IMG/VR virus record: IMGVR_UViG_3300044695_005266 | Location: 2,767-66,766 of that record | Direction: 5' to 3' (one strand) | DNA: 64,000 nucleotides | From: a virus | Part shown: piece by piece, positions 1 through 7,953 of the stretch | How positions within the stretch are numbered: the first letter of the stretch is position 1 | Layout of the letters: each line of letters begins with the position of its first letter | Translations under genes and position numbers: made by a program | The notes under the pieces: generated by a model | What the model was told of the DNA's origin: nothing | Seen by the model: only the letters and a program-made list of their open reading frames with translations | The model's database searches: none

Positions 1-141
1 TCGACTCGGCACGCTGGTAATCCCGAAAATCACGCACTTCTCGTAAATATCCGCCTGTGTTTTATCCATGCCTGTCAGGATGGCGCGAGATACCAGCCCG
101 TAGCGGTGAACTGGAACGGATGCGTTTTGTGTGTGGTGCAT
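1..141 (-). CDS. Hypothetical phage protein, partial (runs off the window)
   Basis: ATG at 141 on the minus strand, open to the window edge (MHHTQNASVPVHRYGL...). Confidence 0.4.
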   Translation of the reverse strand, partial: MHHTQNASVPVHRYGLVSRAILTGMDKTQADIYEKCVIFGITSVPSR

Positions 142-203
142 ATTTTAGAACTGTTTTCCGCCCGCTATTTTTCGAGCTTCGTGGGTGTGATCGAGATGGG
201 TTT

Positions 204-368
204 TCATTGAAGTAGGTGGGGATAGTGCATCTCTGCCCACGCCCGCGCTTCATTCTCCGCAAACTCGACAACCGCTTTAGACGGCAGCGCGCCTAGCGTC
301 ATAATGCCGATGCGCTCGTCCACTCGATAGGCGATTTCTCGGCGGAGTTGTTCGGGTGTTTCGATCAT
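204..368 (-). CDS. Small hypothetical protein (54 aa)
   Basis: Hand-translated MIETPEQLRREIAYRVDERIGIM...; ATGA-type overlap with neighbouring genes. Confidence 0.55.
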   Translation of the reverse strand: MIETPEQLRREIAYRVDERIGIMTLGALPSKAVVEFAENEARAWAEMHYPHLLQ

Positions 369-628
369 TGCCCATCCTCCCTCGATAGCCGTCCTATCTC
401 TGCCATTTCTCCAGTGACTTCGCTGCTTGTGGCGCGGACGAATAGAGACATTGCGATGTGGTTAATGGTGGCGAGTTTGGCTTTCAGCGCATCCCGTTCG
501 GCGGTTACTGCGGCGAGTTCGGTTTCGAGTTCCTCCATGACCTCTGCGCGAACAACCTCGAAAGACAGTTCCCGCACAAGATACGGCTCAGTCAATCGGG
601 CGGCATCTGTTTGTGGTGTAGTGCTCAT
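365..628 (-). CDS. Small coiled-coil phage protein (ELAAVTAERDALK type)
   Basis: Start at MSTTPQTD (628) couples to the upstream stop; heptad-like segment. Confidence 0.65.
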   Translation of the reverse strand: MSTTPQTDAARLTEPYLVRELSFEVVRAEVMEELETELAAVTAERDALKAKLATINHIAMSLFVRATSSEVTGEMAEIGRLSREDGQ

Positions 629-768
629 TTGGCCCCCTTGTTGCGCTCGTAGCAGGCGCGACAGCGGTAGGTGCGGCGGCTCGGCCTGCCGCACACGGCG
701 CAGCGGCCAGCGGCCCTCTGCTTCGTGATCCAGCGTTGCTGGCGGGTTTCTTTTTTGGGTTTCTTCAT
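625..768 (-). CDS. Small Zn-finger protein (47 aa)
   Basis: Hand-translated MKKPKKETRQQRW...CAVC...CRAC; coupled overlaps at both ends. Confidence 0.6.
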   Translation of the reverse strand: MKKPKKETRQQRWITKQRAAGRCAVCGRPSRRTYRCRACYERNKGAK

Positions 769-1025
769 AGAAGTTCGTTTGGGATTTTCACGCGCTCCCG
801 ATACTCGATGCTCATGCCTTTATCGTTGGCTCGTATCAGAACGTCATGGTTCAGTTGTTCAGCGGCAATCACGCGCTCATAAAGCCCGTCCAAGACAAAC
901 CCCTTCCGCTCCTTGAGATCCTTGGCGTTGAAGTAAAACAGGTTGGTGATCTTTCGACATTGCAGCGCGGATGCAAAGCGGCGTCCGATTTCGAGGAGTT
1001 TGGTGTATGGGTTCTTTCGTTTCAT
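765..1025 (-). CDS. Hypothetical protein, first gene of the leftward early operon
   Basis: 86-aa ORF just downstream of a leftward promoter-like element. Confidence 0.7.
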   Translation of the reverse strand: MKRKNPYTKLLEIGRRFASALQCRKITNLFYFNAKDLKERKGFVLDGLYERVIAAEQLNHDVLIRANDKGMSIEYRERVKIPNELL

Positions 1026-1040
1026 AGGGTGTTTCGCACC

Positions 1041-1068
1041 GTCATACCTGCTGTCATACCTAAGTCAA
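1041..1068 (-). promoter_or_regulatory. Leftward sigma70-like promoter overlapped by a direct-repeat operator
   Basis: Minus strand TTGACT-16 nt-TATGAC; GTCATACCT repeated at 1041 and 1053. Confidence 0.5.
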
Positions 1069-1100
1069 TCTCTTTTTTAATTTCTTGCACAATAATTTTG

Positions 1101-1207
1101 CAGGGAGTATCCGCCGCGCACTCCGTAGTGGGCATCTTTGTGGAAGCACCAGCGGATAGCGGCCCGCGTTGTTCATGGGGGTGGTCAGCGTGGGCCGCGC
1201 TCCCCTG
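1101..1207 (+). ncRNA. Putative structured RNA (multi-stem) in the divergent control region
   Basis: CAGGGAG/CTCCCCTG closing stem, TATCCGC/GCGGATA stem, and a 13-bp stem 1159-1171/1186-1198 with two G-U pairs. Confidence 0.45.
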
Positions 1208-1274
1208 TCCGATACGAAAGTTTGAGAAAGTTCTTGCACGGGATGAAACCGTTGGTTACAAACGGAAATCACCC

Positions 1275-1454
1275 ATGACCGCCACCAAATACAAGGCTGA
1301 ACGCCATAGACGAGGAACGCAACAGGAGGTCGCCGATGCGCTCGGCGTGGATCGAGTATCCATAACCCGTAGAGAAACTGGTGCTCGGCCAGTATCGAAG
1401 GAGGCGTGGCTTGCGCTCCTTTCATTACCAATCAGGGAGGCATACATCAAATGA
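1275..1454 (+). CDS. Cro/XRE-family HTH regulator (59 aa)
   Basis: TQQEVADALGVDRVSITRRETG is a classic XRE HTH; likely start is the ATG at 1275. Confidence 0.85.
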   Translation: MTATKYKAERHRRGTQQEVADALGVDRVSITRRETGARPVSKEAWLALLSLPIREAYIK

Positions 1455-2233
1455 GCCTCGAATATCTTACCGCAGTCTGGCGCGATCCATACTACACCGA
1501 GAAGGACAAGACGAAGCTGCTCGTCGCTCTGGCGATAGCAGACTTTGCGGATGCGGGCGGGCTGGCCTACCCCGGCGTCGAAAGGCTCGCCCAAAAGTCC
1601 CGCTCGACACCCCGTTTTGTGCAGATTGTCTGCCGCGAACTCGAAAAGGACAAAAAACTGGAAATCCTTATCGGTAAAGGCAGAAATGGCACCAATCTTT
1701 ACCGCCTTTTAGGGGTGAAGCCAGATCACCCCACTAACGGCTCCGTCCCTGTAAATGGGGGTGAAGCTGGATCAGGGCGAAATCAGATCAGGGCGAAACG
1801 GGGTGGCAGTGGAAGTGGCAGTGGAACTGACAGTGGAAGTGGCAGTCCAGATCACCCGATCCGTAAGGAACCATCAGGAACCGTAAAGAACCACCAAGAA
1901 CCAGCGTCGGCTTCGCCGTCTGTTTTTCCAATCGCGCTGGATACCGAAGCATTCAAGATTGCTTGGAACGACTACATCATTTTTCGCGCTGCTTCCAGAT
2001 TCGTCAAACTCCAACCCCAAAGCGTTAGCGCGAAGCTCAAGGAAATGGCGGAGTGGGGCGAATCAGCCGCGATTGAAGCAATCCGAACCACAATATCGAA
2101 CGGCTGGAAAGGACTCTTCGCTCCGAAATCAGTTCCAGTCAAAAACCCTCGCCACGGCGAATACCCTGAAGATTTCGGGGGCGACAAACTGATCGTGAAA
2201 ATCGATCCCAACGCACCAGACGAACCCTTTTAA
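1451..2233 (+). CDS. Phage replication initiator with N-terminal winged HTH
   Basis: KLLVALAIADFAD..G.AYPGVERLAQKS winged-HTH pattern; C-terminal ISNGWKGLF; internal DNA repeats; followed by a loader ATPase. Confidence 0.85.
   Translation: MSLEYLTAVWRDPYYTEKDKTKLLVALAIADFADAGGLAYPGVERLAQKSRSTPRFVQIVCRELEKDKKLEILIGKGRNGTNLYRLLGVKPDHPTNGSVPVNGGEAGSGRNQIRAKRGGSGSGSGTDSGSGSPDHPIRKEPSGTVKNHQEPASASPSVFPIALDTEAFKIAWNDYIIFRAASRFVKLQPQSVSAKLKEMAEWGESAAIEAIRTTISNGWKGLFAPKSVPVKNPRHGEYPEDFGGDKLIVKIDPNAPDEPF
1712..1857. repeat. Iteron-like repeats (probable origin 1) inside the initiator gene
   Basis: GGGGTGAAGC x2, GATCAGGGCGAAA x2, CAGTGGAA x3 at a 12-bp period, CCAGATCACCC x2. Confidence 0.6.
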
Positions 2234-2235
2234 CC

Positions 2236-2958
2236 ATGAACCCATTCGACAACATTGAAAGCGAAGTGGCGGCAATGCTCGCCAAGATCACACCCATGTC
2301 TCCAGAGCAGGCGCGGGAGCGAGACTTCAACACCTTCATCCTTCCCGTTCTTGTTGAGGCGGGATTCGACAAGCGAGCGTGCAAAGACGACTTGCTCAAC
2401 AGCGGCATGGATTCCCGCAACCACGCGCAGCGCAAAGCGGCGAGGGAATGCCTCGACTTCCTCAAGGACACAGGCGCGGTGGTCGCGCTGGTTGGCCCGC
2501 GAGGGACAGGCAAGACGAGCATCGCCGCGCAGATCGTGCAGAAGTGGGCGTGGGCCGATCACCTTGGCTACATGGCGGGCAAGGGCGTGGGCCGACGCCG
2601 CATGGTCATTTACGAGAAAACCACGGGCCTGATCTCGAAGCTGAAGGCGATGTATGCGGACTTCGGGACAATCGAAATGGACAGGATGGAGCGGAGGCTG
2701 AACGCTCTGGTGAAGGCCGAACTGCTGATCCTCGACGAACTGCATGAAGTTTCAGAGGACTCGAAACACAAGGATCGCATCCTGACGGACATCGTGGACA
2801 GACGATACGCAGCGCAGCGGGACACGATCCTCATCAGCAACCAGACTTCCAAGGAGTTCAAGGCCACGATCAACCCCTCGATCATGAGTCGGATGCAGGA
2901 GCACGGAGGAGTGATCCCGTGCGAGTGGGCATCGTTTCGAGAACAGACTGCCGTATGA
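2236..2958 (+). CDS. DnaC/IstB-like AAA+ helicase loader
   Basis: Walker A GPRGTGKT, Walker B LLILDE, DRRY, TILISN, IMSRM. Confidence 0.9.
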   Translation: MNPFDNIESEVAAMLAKITPMSPEQARERDFNTFILPVLVEAGFDKRACKDDLLNSGMDSRNHAQRKAARECLDFLKDTGAVVALVGPRGTGKTSIAAQIVQKWAWADHLGYMAGKGVGRRRMVIYEKTTGLISKLKAMYADFGTIEMDRMERRLNALVKAELLILDELHEVSEDSKHKDRILTDIVDRRYAAQRDTILISNQTSKEFKATINPSIMSRMQEHGGVIPCEWASFREQTAV

Positions 2959-2997
2959 ACACTTATGGCTTTTTTCGGTAACAGTATATGAGGATAG

Positions 2998-3035
2998 GAT
3001 GTAGAACGAGTTCTACATCGCGCCCGTTCTACATC
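2998..3035. repeat. 10-bp motif in inverted plus direct arrangement
   Basis: GATGTAGAAC-GA-GTTCTACATC perfect inverted repeat, with a third copy GTTCTACATC at 3026. Confidence 0.7.
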
Positions 3036-3127
3036 GAACGCCCCCGACGCCCCAAGGACGTTCTTGTAACGTAGGGACGTAAATCCATCTTGACATTCTC
3101 CCCTAGATACCAGCTATTTACATTGCA

Positions 3128-3277
3128 ATGACTGCAATCCAACTACCTATCGGCGCACTCGCTGGCCCTGATCTCGAAACCGAGATCACGGATCAGTTGC
3201 TCATCGAGCAGGGTGACGCGCTGCTTGCTGCTCTGGAAGCGGAGCATGAGCGCAAGGAAGTCGAGTTCGTGATCTAG
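3128..3277 (+). CDS. Small acidic protein (49 aa)
   Basis: Hand-translated MTAIQLPIGALAGPDLETEITDQLL...; TTGACA at 3090 upstream. Confidence 0.5.
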   Translation: MTAIQLPIGALAGPDLETEITDQLLIEQGDALLAALEAEHERKEVEFVI

Positions 3278-3318
3278 GCTTGACCTGAACGAACTCGAAA
3301 ACGCACGCCCGTCCCCAA

Positions 3319-3783
3319 ATGACGGGAATGGACGTAGCGAAGTTGATGAAACCAGAGACGGCGCGAGTGATCGTGGCGGACTTGGATATGTTCGATCCGC
3401 GAGGCATCATCCTGATCTCGTATGCCACGGCACACGGCGGGACGGATCTGGCGAAACTTCGGGCCGCGCATGAGTGCGCCCATGCAATCCAGTGGGTTCA
3501 AGGCCGAGCGGCATTCGTGTTCTGGCGCATGATGAGTCCGCTGGTGTGGCCGCTCCTCGGCGTATCGTTGGCACTGGCGGGCTTGATCTCGCGCACGCAT
3601 ACGCTTCCCGCCCTTTCGTTCTGCGCGGTGGTGGCTGTCCTGCGATATTACGCGACGATGTGGCTGGAGAAGGATGCGTGGAAAATCGCGTTCGAGTGGC
3701 TGAAAGCGTATGGAGTTCTTGACGACGAGAAAAAGGCGAGGCAGGATGCAGAGGCGATGCTGAACTCCTACCGCACCCGATGA
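3319..3783 (+). CDS. Membrane zinc metallopeptidase, YugP/Zn_peptidase_2-like
   Basis: AAHECAHAIQ (HExxH), two hydrophobic helices, downstream LEKDAW..A..WL motif. Confidence 0.7.
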   Translation: MTGMDVAKLMKPETARVIVADLDMFDPRGIILISYATAHGGTDLAKLRAAHECAHAIQWVQGRAAFVFWRMMSPLVWPLLGVSLALAGLISRTHTLPALSFCAVVAVLRYYATMWLEKDAWKIAFEWLKAYGVLDDEKKARQDAEAMLNSYRTR

Positions 3784-6071
3784 TCCGCTGCCTGATACCA
3801 GACCGTCTCTACATCGCAGATCAGGAAGGATGCAAATGCACCCGCCCTCAGTATCAGGAAAAGACAGCGGCACGGATTCACGCCTGCAAACACCCCTGCC
3901 ACATGGAGAAGTTCGGGCAACTCGCCCCGTCAGATCGCCGATACCTTGGCGGGGAGGAGGCGGGCGAACTCTACCTGAACCTGATTGACGCGAAGGAACC
4001 GCTCTTTCAGCGAAACAGTTTCGAGTATTTCCTACGGTTCGCACGGGATCACTGGCTCGACCAGAGGCCAATCTTCATCCACTGCAACAAAGGCCAGAGC
4101 AGAGCACCGACGCTCGCGCTCCTGTTCATGGCGAAATGTTTGAAGGTGATTCCGAACACCAGCTACGACGATGCGTGGGACGAGTTTCAAAAGTGCTACG
4201 GAGAATACAAACCGAACTCAGGCATCGAGCAATGGATGCGCGAGAACTGGAAATCCATTCAGGAAAAACCCGTGGCCTACTCAGGCGGAGCGCGGAGGAA
4301 GTTCGACCAATACACCCCGCCAGACACCAGCAACATCAGCGCAGAGGAAGCGGTGGCACTGATTCAAGGCGCACCCATCGTCCACTTCTCAACGATGGTG
4401 ACAATCGAGAACAAGAAGCACGAAAGGGAGAAGCCCGTAGCCAACATCCTGCAAATGCGCGTGGACGAAGCCTACGGGCTATGTATGCAACGAGGCATCG
4501 CCCCTCGACTGCAAATGTTGAAGCCCCGCCAGACAGGATGCTCCACGATATGCGGACACCTTTGCTATCACCACGCGAGAACGCATCATGTGGACGGACT
4601 GATCATCGCGGACGAGGGAAGCCGCACGATGAAAGTCTGGCAGATCTTCACGGAGTATTCCGACCACGATTCCTTCCCGTGGGACTCGACGTTCAAATAC
4701 GACACGAAGAAAGCGAGCATCGCGTATGCGGACGGGCAAGTGGGCCAATGGGAATACGACACCGCGAACGACCCGAAGGCGGGAATCTCTGGCACCCGTC
4801 AGGTCATCTGGTATTCCGAAGCCGCCCGTTACGCGAAGCACGGAGCAAGAACGGACGTGAAAGTGATCACCGCATCGCTCGCATCACTCGCCCAAGTGCC
4901 GCACTCGCTCGCCATTGCGGAGAGCACGGCGGAAGGCGCGACAGGGTGGTTCTACAACAACTGGCAGAAAGCGGTGACGCTGGAGGACTTTCGCAACGGC
5001 ATCCACGGGAACGGTTGGATCAAAATCTTCGCAGCATGGTTCGAGTTCGCCGAGCACACACTTCCGCGGGCCGCGCACACCGAACACTATTTCCACACCG
5101 ACTACACAAGCAGAGAGAAGCGCGGCATCCAGCTTTACGGATGGGATGCGAACCAACTCGCGTGGCGGCGGCACACCATCGAGAACGGATGCGACGGCGA
5201 CGAATCGATCTTCGATCAGGATTATCCTGAGAACGACATGGACTGCTTCTTGTCATCAGGCCGACCACGATTCGACGATGATGGAGTGACGCGCCTCGAA
5301 ATGATGGCGGACGCGGAACACGGATTCGCGGATCTCGGCGTGCTGACAGGCGACACGCAGAGCGTCATGTTCACGCCAGACAAAACAAACCCGTGGCTAT
5401 GGCTGAAGGAAAAGCCGATAGCAGGATGCTCCTACCTTGCGTTCATCGATCCTTGCACGGGAGAACAGAGCAGGGGCGCGAAAGATCCCGACTCGCACGC
5501 AGCGGGAGTGATTCGCATGGCATACATTGACGAAGGTGGAAGGTTCTACCCTGACGAGTTGGTGGCGACGATTGACGTTCGGAACGGGTGCCGATGGGAC
5601 GACAGCATGATAGCGCAGCGGGTAGTGCTCATGGCGAATTACTTTGGCGGGTGCATGATTGTTCCAGAGACAGGGAACGGACTTGGAGTTCTTGTGAAGT
5701 TGCGGGACTACGGAGCGGTCATCTACCAAAGGCAAAAGGAGGATGCGCTGATCCCGGGCAAGTTCATCCCGACGATGGGATGGGAAACCAATCAAGCCAC
5801 ACGCGAACTTTGGGTAGGTGCGATGGCCGACGCGATACGCGAGCAGGAGAAAGCGTTCAACTGCTGCTACAAACCAGCCGTGAAAGAAATGCGGACATTC
5901 GTGATCGACGATAGGGGCAAAGCACAGGCCAAAGGAGGAGCGCACGACGACTGGATTGCAGGCATCGGGATCGCGCTCGCGTGCCGCAAGTTCGCACGGG
6001 TGTATATGCCAAAAAGTTCGTTCACAGACTTCCGCGAAAAAAACAAACGGCAGAGCGCGTTTTCGTATTGA
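3780..6071 (+). CDS. terL: Terminase large subunit with N-terminal dual-specificity (CX5R) phosphatase domain
   Basis: IFIHCNKGQSRAPT; terminase motifs LKPRQTGCST, WYSEAA, ESTAEG, FIDPCTG and HDDWI. Confidence 0.9.
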   Translation: MIRCLIPDRLYIADQEGCKCTRPQYQEKTAARIHACKHPCHMEKFGQLAPSDRRYLGGEEAGELYLNLIDAKEPLFQRNSFEYFLRFARDHWLDQRPIFIHCNKGQSRAPTLALLFMAKCLKVIPNTSYDDAWDEFQKCYGEYKPNSGIEQWMRENWKSIQEKPVAYSGGARRKFDQYTPPDTSNISAEEAVALIQGAPIVHFSTMVTIENKKHEREKPVANILQMRVDEAYGLCMQRGIAPRLQMLKPRQTGCSTICGHLCYHHARTHHVDGLIIADEGSRTMKVWQIFTEYSDHDSFPWDSTFKYDTKKASIAYADGQVGQWEYDTANDPKAGISGTRQVIWYSEAARYAKHGARTDVKVITASLASLAQVPHSLAIAESTAEGATGWFYNNWQKAVTLEDFRNGIHGNGWIKIFAAWFEFAEHTLPRAAHTEHYFHTDYTSREKRGIQLYGWDANQLAWRRHTIENGCDGDESIFDQDYPENDMDCFLSSGRPRFDDDGVTRLEMMADAEHGFADLGVLTGDTQSVMFTPDKTNPWLWLKEKPIAGCSYLAFIDPCTGEQSRGAKDPDSHAAGVIRMAYIDEGGRFYPDELVATIDVRNGCRWDDSMIAQRVVLMANYFGGCMIVPETGNGLGVLVKLRDYGAVIYQRQKEDALIPGKFIPTMGWETNQATRELWVGAMADAIREQEKAFNCCYKPAVKEMRTFVIDDRGKAQAKGGAHDDWIAGIGIALACRKFARVYMPKSSFTDFREKNKRQSAFSY

Positions 6072-6103
6072 CTCCGCGCTTTCGTTGAAGGAGGCGCAGC
6101 GGC

Positions 6104-7939
6104 ATGGCTTACCGCACCGACACTCTTCAGAACGAAAAACAGGGCGAAGCTCGCGCAAAGGGCGAGATCAAACACGCGAAAGTCCTACGAGACGAAACAG
6201 GAAAGACGATTCCAGCGGCGAACCTCAAAGCCGAAATCGCGCAATTCTACAAGGACATCGAGAAGCATCCCGCATCCACCAGTTTCCGCATGGGCCTCCC
6301 TGACAAGAAAAACTTGAAGGCAATCAGTTCCGCATCGCCACAGCAGTTGGAGCAATGGACGAACACATTCGCGCAACGGAAGGCGGACTACGAGCAACAG
6401 ATCAAGGCAATCGCGCCCGCCGCGCAGCCGAAGGCAGTCGTCCCGCCCGCATCCGCCGTGCCAACGCCGAGCAACACGACGACGAACCCACGGGCGGCAT
6501 CCGCGCCAGTAGCAGCGGCCACGATAGAACGACTTGGAAACAAGGCAAAAGCTCTCTCTGGATATGCGGAAAAGTCGGCTGGAGCAGCGGCGGCATTGAA
6601 AGCCGCACGCGACAAACTGCCAGCAACGTCACGACAAAAAAACCAGACACAAGCAGCAAAACCAACAGACAACACGGCGGCATCCGTTGGAATGGGCGCA
6701 CCAATAGGAGGCATAGCGACAGGCGCGGCGATGAAAATGGCGCAGCAGGCAACGCAGCAACCAGACACGCTATCAGACAAGGCCGACGCGCTCATTCAGA
6801 AGTTCGACAACCAGACCACACAGGCAACAAAGGATGCGAATAAAGCAGTTCAAAGCCAAGTATCGCAAGCAGCATCCCCTCTGAATCAACTTCAACCCTT
6901 CGACGAAGTGAAAGCGATGGAGTATCAGATGCGCCGCGGAGGATACCAGATACAGGAGGGCGGACTCAAAAAGGACGGCGCAGGCTACCACGTCATTGAC
7001 GAGCAGGGGCGCAAGCTCATGGTCGCACCCACGCAAGCGATGCGGCGGGCTGTAATGGAGAAGATGAGTGGGATAGACAAGCTCGACAACACCCTCAAGG
7101 CAGGCCAGACGATGAGCGACATAGGCCGCGCAAACATGGGACTCGCCCCGCAACAGACCGCGCAGGCAGGCGGAGTTCAAACCACGGATTTTCGCCCCGT
7201 GAACACCGAGCAGAACCCGCGAGGGAAAGTTTTTATGGACGCTCTGGCGAACGAGTTTAAGGAGCAGACGTATCGTGAGCTTGACGCAAAGGCCAACGGC
7301 ACCCAGCTCGACCCGAAGATGCAGACACGCGAATACGCGCACGCGATGGCAGCGGCGGCGGACGCGCAGAGCAGGCAGGTTCAACCAGCACCACTCGCGG
7401 CATCCGCGCCAAATCCAGCGGGGACAGTTCGCCGAGTTCTCACCGACCCAAAATACGGCGGAACAGGAGTCGGTTATGCAACCGAAACGCCAAAGGCAAA
7501 CGTCACGCCAGAGCAATACGCCAACCGCCCACAGGCACCGCAGCCTTCCACGGGAAACCCCGCAGTTGTTGGAACCAACAGCGCAGGAGTAGCGGCAACG
7601 CCTAATGTAGCGGCACCGAAAAGCGAAGCCGCAGATCCGTTTTCGCCGCTCGTTCCAGCATCGCCAAACTTCGTCGGCCCCGCAACCCCCCCACAACAGC
7701 TTACGAACCTTCAATCACAGACAGGATTGCAGACACAAGCAAACGAAACCGAGAACGCACAGAAAGCGCAGGCGCAAGCGACGGCGGATCAAACGCGGAA
7801 AACTCAGCAGGAAATCGAGGACGAAAAGAAAAGACTCAGCCAAGCACAAATTGCAAACAAACCCGCTCTCGTTCAAAACGTAGCAGCCGCAAACGATAGC
7901 GAGGTCTATAAAGGCTTACGCACAGCTTCAGGACAGTAA
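6104..7939 (+). CDS. Ala/Gln/Pro-rich low-complexity protein, probable internal virion protein
   Basis: 611-aa ORF between terL and the giant gene; function inferred from composition and position only. Confidence 0.6.
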   Translation: MAYRTDTLQNEKQGEARAKGEIKHAKVLRDETGKTIPAANLKAEIAQFYKDIEKHPASTSFRMGLPDKKNLKAISSASPQQLEQWTNTFAQRKADYEQQIKAIAPAAQPKAVVPPASAVPTPSNTTTNPRAASAPVAAATIERLGNKAKALSGYAEKSAGAAAALKAARDKLPATSRQKNQTQAAKPTDNTAASVGMGAPIGGIATGAAMKMAQQATQQPDTLSDKADALIQKFDNQTTQATKDANKAVQSQVSQAASPLNQLQPFDEVKAMEYQMRRGGYQIQEGGLKKDGAGYHVIDEQGRKLMVAPTQAMRRAVMEKMSGIDKLDNTLKAGQTMSDIGRANMGLAPQQTAQAGGVQTTDFRPVNTEQNPRGKVFMDALANEFKEQTYRELDAKANGTQLDPKMQTREYAHAMAAAADAQSRQVQPAPLAASAPNPAGTVRRVLTDPKYGGTGVGYATETPKANVTPEQYANRPQAPQPSTGNPAVVGTNSAGVAATPNVAAPKSEAADPFSPLVPASPNFVGPATPPQQLTNLQSQTGLQTQANETENAQKAQAQATADQTRKTQQEIEDEKKRLSQAQIANKPALVQNVAAANDSEVYKGLRTASGQ

Positions 7940-7953
7940 CCCTTTAGAAAAAC

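Noticed and set aside
2236-2958. IS21 IstB transposition helper
   Set aside because: No IstA transposase or terminal repeats; it follows a phage initiator, so a DnaC-like loader fits better.
4136-5230. 364-aa alternative-frame ORF inside terL as another nested gene
   Set aside because: Arg-rich with no recognisable motif, as expected from GC-rich, T-poor codon bias.
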